Below, one piece after another: positions 27,735 through 37,572 of a DNA stretch of 64,000 nt (positions within the stretch are counted from its first letter, which is position 1; every line of letters starts with the position of its first letter). The translations under genes and the position numbers were made by a program. The stretch spans positions 104,851-168,850 of the forward strand of contig JAOUEW010000002.1 in NCBI GenBank assembly GCA_029858505.1, in the 5' to 3' direction. This DNA is from Deltaproteobacteria bacterium. GTDB lineage: Bacteria > SAR324 > JACQKK01. Under the pieces are notes generated by a model. The model saw only the letters and a list, made by a program, of their open reading frames with translations, ran no database searches and was not told where the DNA came from.

Positions 27735-29081
27735 TTATTCTTTGATGTAACCGTTGCCAATCCGGTAACGGTGAATCCGTTCCAGGGCAATGTCATCGGA
27801 GTGCTCCCGGCCTTCCCGCACTTCGTGGATGGACACCAGGGGGAAGAACCGGCTGAACACCAGATAGAACAAAGCAAACAGGGCAAAAGAGCCGGTCATG
27901 AGAGAGAACTCCACCCAGGTGGGCCAGTAACTTCCCGTGGGAAGACGGTGCTGGCGGGGGTTGGCCAGGGTGGGCACCACGATGATGAAGCGCTCCAGCC
28001 ACATACCGATCAAGATGGTGCTGGAGGCGATGACCGTGCCGGTGATGGTGCGGAAGCGGTTGATGGACAGGATGATCACCGGAATGAAGAAGTTGCAGAT
28101 CACCATGCCCCAGAAGCCCCAGGCCCAGGGGCCGTCCCACTTGGCCCAAAACACCCGCATTTCATCGGGCTCGTTTCCGTAAAACGCCGTCAGGTATTCG
28201 GCAAAGGTAAAGTAGGTCCAAAACAAGGTGAACACCAGCAGCAGCAGCCCCAGGTAGTTGAAGTGGATGGGCTGTAGGTAGTCTTCCAGGTGAAACACCT
28301 TGCGCAAAATGGCCATGACGATGAGCAGCATGGCCACCCCAGAGAACAACGCCCCGGCCACGAAGTAGGGCCCAAAAATGGACGAGTGCCACATGGGCTG
28401 AAGGGTCATGGAAAACACGAAGGCCACCACGGTGTGCACGCTCACCGCGATGGGGATGACCATGATGGCCATGATGGCGGTGGCCCGGTTCAGCACCTTC
28501 TCTTGCCGGGGGGTGCCCTGCCAGCCCAGGGCCAGCACTTGGTAGAACACCTTGCGGGGGCCGGGGGGGCACAGGTCCCGCAAAATGGCGATGTCGGGGA
28601 TCATGGGAATGAACAGATACACCGAGCTGGCGGTAAGGTAAGTAGTGATGGAGGTCATGTCCCACAGCAGGGGCGACTGATAGCGCCCGTAATAAATCAT
28701 GTTGAGCATCCGGTCCGGGCGCCCCAGGTCCAGCAGGATGTTCATGCCCCCAATGCCCAGCACCGCCACGGTGATGACCTCGGCAATGCGGGTGATGGGC
28801 CGCCGCCATTCGGTTTGAGACAACCGCAGAATGGCCGAAATAAGCGTGCCCGCGTGGCTGATGCCGATGAAGAACACGAAGTTGGTGATGTAGAACCCCC
28901 AGGTTACCGGTTGGTTCAGGCCGGTTTCGCCCAAGCCCAAGAAAAACTGAAACAGATAGGCCCCAAACCCCAGCACCACCAGGGAGCCCAGAACGGCCAC
29001 CGCGGGCCAGTACCACGAGGGCGTTTGGAAGATGGAGCGGATCAATACCGCGTCATGCTCGTTTTTTTGAATCTCAGTCAT
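27735..29081 (-). CDS. NrfD/PsrC-family quinol-binding membrane subunit (ActC/QrcD-like)
   Basis: NFVFFIGISHAGT, DLGRP.R, SPLLWD, VSVHTVV, WHSSIFGPYFVAGALFSG; ~10 TM; overlaps the Fe-S gene stop. Confidence 0.9.
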   Translation of the reverse strand: MTEIQKNEHDAVLIRSIFQTPSWYWPAVAVLGSLVVLGFGAYLFQFFLGLGETGLNQPVTWGFYITNFVFFIGISHAGTLISAILRLSQTEWRRPITRIAEVITVAVLGIGGMNILLDLGRPDRMLNMIYYGRYQSPLLWDMTSITTYLTASSVYLFIPMIPDIAILRDLCPPGPRKVFYQVLALGWQGTPRQEKVLNRATAIMAIMVIPIAVSVHTVVAFVFSMTLQPMWHSSIFGPYFVAGALFSGVAMLLIVMAILRKVFHLEDYLQPIHFNYLGLLLLVFTLFWTYFTFAEYLTAFYGNEPDEMRVFWAKWDGPWAWGFWGMVICNFFIPVIILSINRFRTITGTVIASSTILIGMWLERFIIVVPTLANPRQHRLPTGSYWPTWVEFSLMTGSFALFALFYLVFSRFFPLVSIHEVREGREHSDDIALERIHRYRIGNGYIKE

Positions 29082-29805
29082 GCCGTTTTCGCTCCGCCAG
29101 GTAGATCACTTTGGGTTGGGTGCCCAGTTCGTCCATCAGCCGGAAGGCCCGCAGATTATCGGCCAGCCGGGCCACCTCGGAGTGTGGGTCGTTCAGATCC
29201 CCGAAGAAGATGGCCTTAGACGGGCAGTTGTCTTGGCAGGCCACGGTGTATTCCCCCGGTCGAATCTCCCGGTTTTCCAACCGGGCTTGGTCTTTCACCT
29301 TCATCAGCCGGTGGTGGCAAAAGGTGCATTTTTCCACCACGCCCTTATCTCGAAGAGAGACATCTGGGTTGGCGTATTGGGTCATGGCCGCCGGCTGGGC
29401 TTGCTGAAAATTGTGCCAGTTAAAGTATTTCACCGTGTAGGGGCAGGCGGCCATGCACAACCGGCAGCCAATGCACCGCCAATACACCTGGGCCACAATG
29501 CCTTCCGGATTTAAATAGGTGGCATGCACCGGGCAAACCTTGGTGCAGGGGGGGTTGTCGCACTGCATGCAGGGCTGGGGCATGAACTTGGTTCGCACCT
29601 CGGGGAAGGTGCCTTCCGTTTCCGGAACCACTTTCATCCAAGAGATGGAGCGGCTGCGCTGGTAGTCGCCCTTTTCCACGAAGGGGATGTTGTTTTCCAC
29701 CATGCAGGCCACTTCACAGGCCCCGCAGCCCGAACATTTGTCCAGGTCAATCACCATGCCCCAGCGGTGGCCGGTGGATTTTTTTTCGCCGTGTGGTTGT
29801 TCCAT
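29074..29805 (-). CDS. 4x[4Fe-4S] ferredoxin subunit (QrcC/ActB2/DmsB-like)
   Basis: CSGCGACEVAC, CMQCDNPPCTKVCP, CIGCRLCMAACPY, KCTFC, CQDNCP. Confidence 0.93.
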   Translation of the reverse strand: MEQPHGEKKSTGHRWGMVIDLDKCSGCGACEVACMVENNIPFVEKGDYQRSRSISWMKVVPETEGTFPEVRTKFMPQPCMQCDNPPCTKVCPVHATYLNPEGIVAQVYWRCIGCRLCMAACPYTVKYFNWHNFQQAQPAAMTQYANPDVSLRDKGVVEKCTFCHHRLMKVKDQARLENREIRPGEYTVACQDNCPSKAIFFGDLNDPHSEVARLADNLRAFRLMDELGTQPKVIYLAERKRHD

Positions 29806-29814
29806 AGGTTTCTC

Positions 29815-32136
29815 TTATGCCCGCTCGATGTGGACCCAGGTGTCTCCCCACAGCGGCTGTCGGGTGTGGGGATCAAAGGTGGTGGCCATCAACTGGTTGG
29901 GGTTTTCGCCTTCTTGGGCCCAACGGCCCACCCCCTGGTGCCCCGGCCCGTAGGGAATGTGCACCACCCCAGGCCGGGTGCCAGGGTACAGCCGGGCGTT
30001 CATCCGAATTTTCCCCCGGGCAGAACTCACCCATACCGGGTCCTGGTCGTCAATGTCCAACCGTTGGGCGTCGTCGGGGTTTATTTCCACCCAGCCGTCC
30101 CAGCCTTGCCGCAGGTGATGGGATGCGTTTTGCTGCAACCAGGGTTGGTTGGCCCCCCGGGTGCCAGAGCGGGTGTTGGTTTTAAAGGTGACCAGTTGAA
30201 AGGGGAAGTTTCCCGGAGCTTCCGAGGGTGTATTTGTCTTGGCCTTGGTTTCTGCCGCGCCCAATGCGCTTTGACGGCCTGCCAGCAGGGCGTTAACCCA
30301 ATATTCTTTGCCAGGAACATCCGGCGACAAGTTGAAGGGCCGGGCCAGGGGGTTGCCTGGGCGGTTGTCGGCCCAAGCCCCCCGGGTTTGCAGCGCTTTC
30401 CAAAACTCGGCGAAGGAGCCAAAGGCGCCCACCGGGCGGGGACCCTTGGGGTCGGTGACTGCCCCCCGTTTGGCCCCGTATAACCCCTGGGCTTTATGGG
30501 CCAGCACATCGCCATAGGTTTTCCAGGGCAGGGCCTGGGCGGTGGTTCCCCCCAACGCGCGGGCCAGTTCAAGAAAAAATTCTTCGGTGGGCAGGCCCCC
30601 GGCGGCGGGCAGGGCGGGGGGCGCGGCGGAAAACGAAGCGAACCCCGGCAGGTGGCTGACCGAGTCGTCCTGCCAGCGCTCCAGCCAATGGGCGTCGGGG
30701 AGGATGAGATCCGCCTGCCGGGCGGAGTCATCCAGCCAGGGAGAGAAACTGACCACCAGGGGAATGTTTTGGATGGCTTGGTTCCATTCTTCACGGCCGC
30801 CCCCCAGGGAAAACGCCGGGTTGGCGTAATACAAAAACAGGGCGTTCACCGGGTAACCCTTGGCGGAGGATTTGCCCGCCTTCAGGGCGGCCAGCAGGGC
30901 CCCCATGTCTCGGTTGGCCAGGGGGGGGTGGCTCAGACCCGTTTTGGCCGGGGCGTCTTGGGGCAGGGCAGGCCAGGGGGCCAGGGGCGCCGGGGTTTGC
31001 AGCACCACCCCTCCGGCTTTGCCCAGGCTGCCCGACAAGGCATTCAAGGCGTGAATGGCCAGCCGGGTGCGGAGGTCATCGCCGGAATAGGCCGGGCCCC
31101 GTTCTCCCAGGGCCACGGCGGGTTTTTCTCCCGGCCGCCCGGTGGGGGCAAAGTCTTGGGCAATCTTCCGGATGGTGTCTTCTGGAATGCCGGTGATCTG
31201 GGCGGCAATGGCGGGGGAGTACTGGGCCAGCACCTGCTGGCGGAAGCGCTCGAACCCCTGTACATGGGCCGCCACAAAGGCTTTGTCGTAGCGGTTTTCT
31301 TTCAACATCACGTGGGCAATGGCCAGGGCCAACACCCCGTCGGTGCCGGGGCGCACGGGCACCCACAGGTCCGCCTTGGCGGCGCTGACCGACATGCGGG
31401 GGTCCACCACCGTGACATGGGCTCCGCCGTCTTGGCGCACCCGCAGGCGCCCAAACTGGGCGGCTTGATGCACCGGTGCCGGGCCGGTTTCCAACAGGTT
31501 GCAGCCAAAGGCCAGCACATAGCGGCTTTCCGCCAGGTCGTAGGCCAGGGGAGAGGACACCCCGTTCATGAAGGCGTGGGCGGCGGCGGGTTCATCCGGG
31601 GCAACGCAGCGCAGGCGCAGATAATTGGGCGAGCCGTAGGCGCTCCAAAACCGAGAGAACAGCCCGTGGCGCTGGCCCCGGAACTGCCCCCCCAGCATCA
31701 AGGCGGTGTGGGCTTTGCCTTCCTGGCGCAGGGTTTTCAGGCGCCCGGCCACCAGGGCGGCGGCGTCTTTCCAAGAAATCGGTTCAAACTCTCCCGAGCC
31801 GCGCTTTCCTTTGGCCCGCAGGGGGGTGGTCAACCGGTCGGGGTCGTACAGCCCTTGCAGGCTGGCCAGCCCCTTGGGGCACAGCCCGCCCTGGTTCACC
31901 GGGTGCAGGGGGTTTCCTTCAATCCGCACCGCCCGGCCGTCCATCTGGCGCACCATCACCCCGCAGCCGCCCACGCACTGCTGACAGACCGACAGGCTCC
32001 ATTCTTCCTGATGATTCGTCCAGTCGTCCAGCAGGGTGGCTGAATCGGCGGAGTCTGGTACCAACCCTTTCAGCAGGGTCATCCCCGCCGCCATGGTGCC
32101 GCCGCCGACCAGCAGGTGTCTTCGTGAGATTTTCAT
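29815..32136 (-). CDS. Molybdopterin-oxidoreductase-family large subunit (QrcB/ActB1-like), Tat-exported
   Basis: SRRHLL twin-arginine signal; CQQCVGGC...LCPKG Fe-S motif; RLTTPL; VVSFSPWLDDSA..ADLILP; C-terminal VEINP.DA..L.I. Confidence 0.9.
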   Translation of the reverse strand: MKISRRHLLVGGGTMAAGMTLLKGLVPDSADSATLLDDWTNHQEEWSLSVCQQCVGGCGVMVRQMDGRAVRIEGNPLHPVNQGGLCPKGLASLQGLYDPDRLTTPLRAKGKRGSGEFEPISWKDAAALVAGRLKTLRQEGKAHTALMLGGQFRGQRHGLFSRFWSAYGSPNYLRLRCVAPDEPAAAHAFMNGVSSPLAYDLAESRYVLAFGCNLLETGPAPVHQAAQFGRLRVRQDGGAHVTVVDPRMSVSAAKADLWVPVRPGTDGVLALAIAHVMLKENRYDKAFVAAHVQGFERFRQQVLAQYSPAIAAQITGIPEDTIRKIAQDFAPTGRPGEKPAVALGERGPAYSGDDLRTRLAIHALNALSGSLGKAGGVVLQTPAPLAPWPALPQDAPAKTGLSHPPLANRDMGALLAALKAGKSSAKGYPVNALFLYYANPAFSLGGGREEWNQAIQNIPLVVSFSPWLDDSARQADLILPDAHWLERWQDDSVSHLPGFASFSAAPPALPAAGGLPTEEFFLELARALGGTTAQALPWKTYGDVLAHKAQGLYGAKRGAVTDPKGPRPVGAFGSFAEFWKALQTRGAWADNRPGNPLARPFNLSPDVPGKEYWVNALLAGRQSALGAAETKAKTNTPSEAPGNFPFQLVTFKTNTRSGTRGANQPWLQQNASHHLRQGWDGWVEINPDDAQRLDIDDQDPVWVSSARGKIRMNARLYPGTRPGVVHIPYGPGHQGVGRWAQEGENPNQLMATTFDPHTRQPLWGDTWVHIERA

Positions 32137-32225
32137 AGGTGCCTGGTTTCGTTTGCCGCTATTGTGTTGAGTTCCAATGAAATCCTTGCCCCCTGTCTCT
32201 TCGCCCTCCCCCCTATCTCTTTCCC

Positions 32226-32969
32226 TTACCGATGGCAGGCGATGCAGTCGGTGGAGGGATGGGGGGCCGGGTCCAGGTTGTCCCAGACCTGTTCCACGGG
32301 ATTGGCCTCGGGGTCGTTCTCCATGGTTTTGGCCAGCACCTGCTTCAGGTGCGATTCAGAAAAGAACCGTTTGCCCGAAAGCTGGCCCATGGCCGCCGCC
32401 ACCGGGGCGGCGAGCTTTCCCCCTTTCGACGCGCTTTGCAGCCGGGCCTGGGATGCCGGGTTGACCCAGCGGGGGTTCGACTCGTGGCAATTCAGGCAGA
32501 AGTTCATGTCGATGGTTTTCAGGGCCCGGGGGGGTGGCGTGGTGGTTTGGGCCATGTCTCCGTGGCAAAGTTCGCAGTCGAGCTTGGCCGCCCCCACGTG
32601 GCGCATGTGAGAAAACCGCACGTGGGCGGCCACCCGGGTCAACCGGCGCCAGGGGGGGGTGATGCCTTTCTCGGCCAGCTCCCGCACTTTTTGGGCTTCG
32701 GGGCGGGCGGTGTCCATGCCGGCGTGGCATCCCGCGCAAATGGAAATATCCGGCCGCCCGGCGTTTTCCTGGGTTTCCACCGTGGTGTGGCAGTGGGCGC
32801 AGGGCAGCATGGCGGTGTGCAGCTGATGATTGAACTGAATGGGCTGGTGGATGGGGGCCGGTGCCGCGGCCCAACTGAGCAGGGCCACCACGGTGATGCC
32901 CGCGGTGAGGGCGGCGGCAGCCAGGGCCAAGCGGCGATTGGAGGAGAGAAGAAAGGATAATTTGGCCAT
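32226..32969 (-). CDS. Pentahaem cytochrome c (QrcA/ActA-like, class III) with N-terminal TM anchor
   Basis: Five CxxCH (CAHCH, CAGCH, CELCH, CLNCH, CIACH); QPIQFNH..H, VRFSH..H; start uncertain (32969/32996). Confidence 0.9.
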   Translation of the reverse strand: MAKLSFLLSSNRRLALAAAALTAGITVVALLSWAAAPAPIHQPIQFNHQLHTAMLPCAHCHTTVETQENAGRPDISICAGCHAGMDTARPEAQKVRELAEKGITPPWRRLTRVAAHVRFSHMRHVGAAKLDCELCHGDMAQTTTPPPRALKTIDMNFCLNCHESNPRWVNPASQARLQSASKGGKLAAPVAAAMGQLSGKRFFSESHLKQVLAKTMENDPEANPVEQVWDNLDPAPHPSTDCIACHR

Positions 32970-33111
32970 GGCCCGGTCCCGGATAGGTAAACGCATGAAG
33001 TTCAAAAAAAACAAACGAACAACCCATGGGGTACCCATGTCTACCGCAGAAATAACACAATCCGAGAAAAAGACCAAAAGGAAAAAAGAAGGGCAGGAAA
33101 AAGGGCGGAAT

Positions 33112-34500
33112 CTAGAGGGGAGACTCCAGGCGGATCTGCTCCACCAGTTGGTGCAGGGTGATGCGCCGCAGGGGGGTGTTCAAAGACAAATTGGCCTGCT
33201 CCAGCAGAGACTGAACCGAGGGGGAAGATGAAGGGGGGAGCAGCTGGGCCCCCTCGGCAAAGCCGGGGAGAATGTCTAATCGGGCCAACGCTTCGGCCAC
33301 GGTGAGATGATCTTTGGGGCGGCGGGGGACGTAATGGTTTTTCAGATCGGGGATGGCCACCAACAGGCGGCCCTTCACCATGGCTTGGAGAATGTCTTGG
33401 GTCATGCCCAGGGGAATGCCCAGGGCCTTGGCCAAGGGCTTGGCACCCACCGGTTTCCCGCCGTCTTCGAACCGTATGATGACCCCCGCCAACAGCCGCA
33501 AGGCCAAATACGGGCGAATGTCGTGGCCAGACCGCAGCGACAACCGCCCCGCTAGCAGAGAGTAATTCTGCACCACCCAAGACAACTGGGCGCCGCACAA
33601 GAAAATCACCCACCCCAGAAACATCCACACCAGCAAAATGGGCAGAAGAATCATGGGGCCGTAAATCGACTGATAGGTGGTCAGATGCACCATCAGGCTG
33701 ATGTAGAACATTTCAATCCAATAGATAAACGCGGCGGCCACCAACGAGCCCAACAGAGCGGGGAACACTTCTACCCTGGTTTCGGGGAGGAAAAGGTAGG
33801 CATACAACAGCATCACCAAAAATACCGGGAATCCGGAATTGGAAAGCATGAAAAAACCGAAGTCTGAAAAAAACGGAATGGGCCCCAGGGGAGAATCTTG
33901 AAAGCTCTTCAGATAGGTAGCCGCGCTGAAGGTCATGACCAATAGCAAAGGGGTCACAAACAGCACGGCAATGTATTCCAGCAGCCGTTGTTTGTATTTC
34001 CCCCGCACCCAAACCTCCCAAATTTGGTTCAGCGAATTTCTTACCCGCTGCAGCGCCAGAAAGCCCGTGACCAGCAAGCTCACCACCCCCACGCCCCCCA
34101 GGGTGGCGGTTTGGGCGGCCTGCACCGACTCGGTCAGTTTTTCAGAGAGTTCTTGATGCCCCGCCGCTAGGGTGCCCAACAACACGGGCTGCAGCATTTG
34201 GGCCAGGCCAAACCCCTTTAACAGGGCCAGCACCAGCGCCAGTATGGGAATGATGGCCAGGGAGGAATAGAAAGACAACGCGGCGGCATGGAAAAACAGT
34301 TGGTTCTGGCGGATGGCCAGGCCGGTCAACAAGCCAATCTTCACCGCGCGGGCGGGCAGGGAATCCTGCTCTTTTCCCCAGCCGATTTTCCGCGCCCGAT
34401 GGGTCCAACCGGTGAGCAGTGGAAGCCATTTCTCTTCAAAAGAAGGAGGCAGAGAAATTTCTTCCGGGGTCAGGGTTTGTTTTTTCTTCCGTGGGTTCAT
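33112..34500 (-). CDS. YihY/BrkB-family inner-membrane protein with C-terminal Rrf2-like wHTH
   Basis: AAALSFYSSLAIIP, LNQIW, YQSIYG....PILLVWMFLGWVIFLCGAQLS; C-terminal HTH-like segment. Confidence 0.85.
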   Translation of the reverse strand: MNPRKKKQTLTPEEISLPPSFEEKWLPLLTGWTHRARKIGWGKEQDSLPARAVKIGLLTGLAIRQNQLFFHAAALSFYSSLAIIPILALVLALLKGFGLAQMLQPVLLGTLAAGHQELSEKLTESVQAAQTATLGGVGVVSLLVTGFLALQRVRNSLNQIWEVWVRGKYKQRLLEYIAVLFVTPLLLVMTFSAATYLKSFQDSPLGPIPFFSDFGFFMLSNSGFPVFLVMLLYAYLFLPETRVEVFPALLGSLVAAAFIYWIEMFYISLMVHLTTYQSIYGPMILLPILLVWMFLGWVIFLCGAQLSWVVQNYSLLAGRLSLRSGHDIRPYLALRLLAGVIIRFEDGGKPVGAKPLAKALGIPLGMTQDILQAMVKGRLLVAIPDLKNHYVPRRPKDHLTVAEALARLDILPGFAEGAQLLPPSSSPSVQSLLEQANLSLNTPLRRITLHQLVEQIRLESPL

Positions 34501-34830
34501 GAGAGGGGGAATTCGGTGACATGCTCCATGGCGCAGGGCAAGGTTGCCCTCTGGCAAAGAGAGGGCCTTGTGGGCTGTGTACGATCTGCCACACGATCTG
34601 CCCGCAGGGGTACGTTCGTCCTTTGCTCCTTTGGTTTAAATTGGAGGGGATTGGTCGAAAAGGCAAGATAATCTCCGGGGTTGAGCCCAGAAACCGGGGA
34701 AATCCAGGCGTATTTTGGGCAGGTGATAGTTTCCTGACAAAAATATAATAGATAATATATATCAATTAGATATCACCCTAAGCGCCCGCTCATCAGGTTG
34801 TTTATCTTTCAGCGTTCCCGCTCATTTTTT

Positions 34831-34859
34831 TTGACACCCTTCCGAGTCTGGGTTAAAAA
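34831..34859 (+). promoter_or_regulatory. Putative sigma70 promoter
   Basis: TTGACA (34831-34836), 17-bp spacer, TAAAAA; preceded by an AT-rich element. Confidence 0.35.
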
Positions 34860-35194
34860 CCATGGGACAGTTGTTGAAAAACCAGGGGTGGGCATAGGTT
34901 ATGCAGTTTTTAAAATAGAAATATTTTAAGTAGAATCTCATGTTTAATTTTCAGGGATTTCTCGAATTCTAAGGGAATCAGGCCAAAGATCGTTTCAAGG
35001 GGCCATGGAAGGGGGGCGTTAGAGACAGGCCGAGAGAGTTAGGGTTTTGGTTTTTCAGGTGGGGGTAGAATTTATCGGTGCGGGCCAGAATTTCGTGGTG
35101 GGGCTTGTTGGTAAAGCAAAAGAAAACTCGAATATTCCATTGTTTATACACCGGACATTTTTTTGAAGATTAGCCACTGAGCGACTTGGAGAAC

Positions 35195-35470
35195 ATGGCT
35201 TTTCATTTGCTGGTCAGAAGTATCGGAGAACATCCAACCGGGCTGCCCGTACCTGCCGACCCATGGGCATCCCTTCAAGGGAACCGGACCATGCTTTGTT
35301 ACCGAATCAACGATCAGGTAGAGGTTCCTCTGGAGAACCTGGAAGCGGTTCGCACCACCGAAGATGGGCAGGGCTTGCGGATTATTTGGCGGGACAGGCT
35401 GGCCCAGGAAATTCGCCCGGTGTCTGCCGACGACCGCAGCCGGTTTTTTAAATACTTGGCCAGTTGCTAA
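35195..35470 (+). CDS. Small hypothetical protein
   Basis: GGAG SD before ATG 35195; plausible beta-beta-alpha composition; no family recognised. Confidence 0.55.
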   Translation: MAFHLLVRSIGEHPTGLPVPADPWASLQGNRTMLCYRINDQVEVPLENLEAVRTTEDGQGLRIIWRDRLAQEIRPVSADDRSRFFKYLASC

Positions 35471-35654
35471 GAGAAAAAGTTGTTCAGGCTTGGGGGGTGT
35501 CTGGCGTCTAGCATGTCCAGGCTATTCCGTTTCGATTTGATCTCCTGATTCCATTCCTGTCTGTATTGCTGGAGGCCTTCTTTTGAGCCGTGCGGACTCT
35601 TCGCTGCCCCCTTCCCCGGTCGAATCCCCCTGATCTCTCCCTGATCTCCCGGCG

Positions 35655-36653
35655 CTAAACCACCGGCTCGTATTCTCGCTGTCCGTCTTCCGATAACCGA
35701 TCCAACCCGTAGTCTCCCGTTTTGCGCAGGTTCATCAGCATTTCCATCACGTGGTTCACCACGTATTGGTCTGCCTCCAGCCCCTCGGGAAGGGCCCCCG
35801 CCTGGGCGGCTTGTTGGTGGCGGGCGTATTGATCTTGCAGAAAGGATTTGCAGTCCAAGGGGGCCCCCACCCGAAACACCACCCGGGCCAGCTTGGGGCG
35901 CTCTTCTTCCATCCGCTTCCGCACTGGCAGGGTGTTGCCGTCCATGCTCAGCAGATACAGGGAGTCGAAGGCGTCGATGTAACTGGCCACTTCTTTCACT
36001 GGGGTGTTGTATTCGTCGGGTTTGTAGCGCCCCCCCATGGGGAATAGCACGAACACATGCCCCTTCTTTTTCAGCTGGTGCAACTGCCGGAAGGCGGCCC
36101 GGTTGATGCGGGTGATGTTTTGCTCTTCTTCTTCCCGGGCGAGGCGCTGGGCTTCGGTTTCGGCTTGGCCAGCGACAGGAATGTAGCGCCGGGGAACGAT
36201 GACCAACCGGGCGTATTTTTCGGAAAACATTTTCACCAAGTCAGAGGATTCGTTGAGCTGGCGTCCGGCGATGTAGATCAACTGATCCTGAATGGCCCGG
36301 TAGCGGGGGTCCTCCCGCCGCAGCATGGCGTTGAAGGAGGGCACATCGAAATTTCCCCAGTGTTCCCCCAAGAACAGCACCCGCTTGCCTTGTTCCAGGT
36401 CCTTTAGGCAGTGGTCTAGGTTTTCCTTTCCTTCAATGCCAGACCCAGGCAACAACAAATGATAGATGAATTGCTCCACCAGGTCCCGTCCAGCCGTGAC
36501 GGCGGGCTGGTACACGTTTTCCGCCGTCACCACCCGGTCTTTTCCTGTTTCATACAGCGCGGTTAACGCGGAAATCATGACCATCAATTCCCGCTCCAGA
36601 TCTTGGGGCGTTGCGAAGAGCGGGGCGTAGGGGCCTGAATTCATTAGGATCAA
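35655..36653 (-). CDS. Soluble glycerol-3-phosphate acyltransferase-like protein (plastid/chlamydial/spirochaete GPAT type)
   Basis: HxxxxD block (EHWGNFD), YIAGRQL, FPMGGRYKPD; no TM helices. Confidence 0.7.
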   Translation of the reverse strand: MILMNSGPYAPLFATPQDLERELMVMISALTALYETGKDRVVTAENVYQPAVTAGRDLVEQFIYHLLLPGSGIEGKENLDHCLKDLEQGKRVLFLGEHWGNFDVPSFNAMLRREDPRYRAIQDQLIYIAGRQLNESSDLVKMFSEKYARLVIVPRRYIPVAGQAETEAQRLAREEEEQNITRINRAAFRQLHQLKKKGHVFVLFPMGGRYKPDEYNTPVKEVASYIDAFDSLYLLSMDGNTLPVRKRMEEERPKLARVVFRVGAPLDCKSFLQDQYARHQQAAQAGALPEGLEADQYVVNHVMEMLMNLRKTGDYGLDRLSEDGQREYEPVV

Positions 36654-36750
36654 TGCCTTGGTTGAATAAAAGTGGGTTTGGGAGCCCTTGGGGGAATTGC
36701 CTCAAGATAGCCTTGGGGCGCGGGAAGGGCAAGCGGGGAACCCCGGTGGG

Positions 36751-37569
36751 TCAGGAGTGTCGCCGCTGGGGGTCCAGCCAATCGGCCAGCAGGTCGCCCA
36801 GGGTGTTGAACCCCAGCACCACCCCCATGATGGCCAGGCCTGGGGCCAGGGAAACATGGGGGGCCTCCCACAAAACTTCCTTTCCTTCCGACAGCATGGC
36901 CCCCCAACTGGGGGTGCCGGGGGGGGCACCCAGGCCCAAAAAGCTCAACGACGCTTCGGCCAAAATGGCTCCCGCCACCGCGAACGAAGACTGAACCAAC
37001 AGGGGGGCCGCCACGTTGGGCAGCAGGTGCCGGGCCATCAGCCGGACGGGGCCCGCTCCCAGGGCCCGGGCCGCCAGCACGTACTCGCGCCCCATGGCGG
37101 CCAGCACCTGGGCGCGCACCAGCCGGGCAAAGCCCGTCCACCCCAGCAGGGCCAGGGCCAGCACCACGTTCGAAAGACCCGGCCCCAGCACCGCCACCAG
37201 GGCAATGGCCAGCAGCAGCCCCGGAAAGGCCAGAAAGATATCCACCAATCGCATCAGCAGTTGGTCCACCCACCCCCCATAAAACCCCGCCAGCAGCCCC
37301 AGGGTCACCCCGATCACCGCCGAGGCCGCCACCGAGGAAAACCCCACCAGCAGAGAAATTCGGGCGCCATGAATCAGCCGGGAGAGGATGTCCGCCCCAT
37401 TGGCGTCTAGTCCCAGGGGGTGGGCCAGGCTGGGGAGTTCCAGCTCGTGGAGCAGGTCCACCCCCAGGGGGTCGTAGGGGGCCAACCAGGGGGCCAGTAC
37501 CCCCGGCAGCAGAAACACCACCCCCAGCAGGCCGGATAACATCCACAGTGCGCGGGTTTGACGAGACAT
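36751..37569 (-). CDS. dppC: Peptide/nickel ABC transporter permease
   Basis: HPLGLDANGADILSRLIHGARISL, EAA motif REYVLAARALGA, HLLPN, SLSFLGLG. Confidence 0.88.
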   Translation of the reverse strand: MSRQTRALWMLSGLLGVVFLLPGVLAPWLAPYDPLGVDLLHELELPSLAHPLGLDANGADILSRLIHGARISLLVGFSSVAASAVIGVTLGLLAGFYGGWVDQLLMRLVDIFLAFPGLLLAIALVAVLGPGLSNVVLALALLGWTGFARLVRAQVLAAMGREYVLAARALGAGPVRLMARHLLPNVAAPLLVQSSFAVAGAILAEASLSFLGLGAPPGTPSWGAMLSEGKEVLWEAPHVSLAPGLAIMGVVLGFNTLGDLLADWLDPQRRHS

Positions 37570-37572
37570 GGC

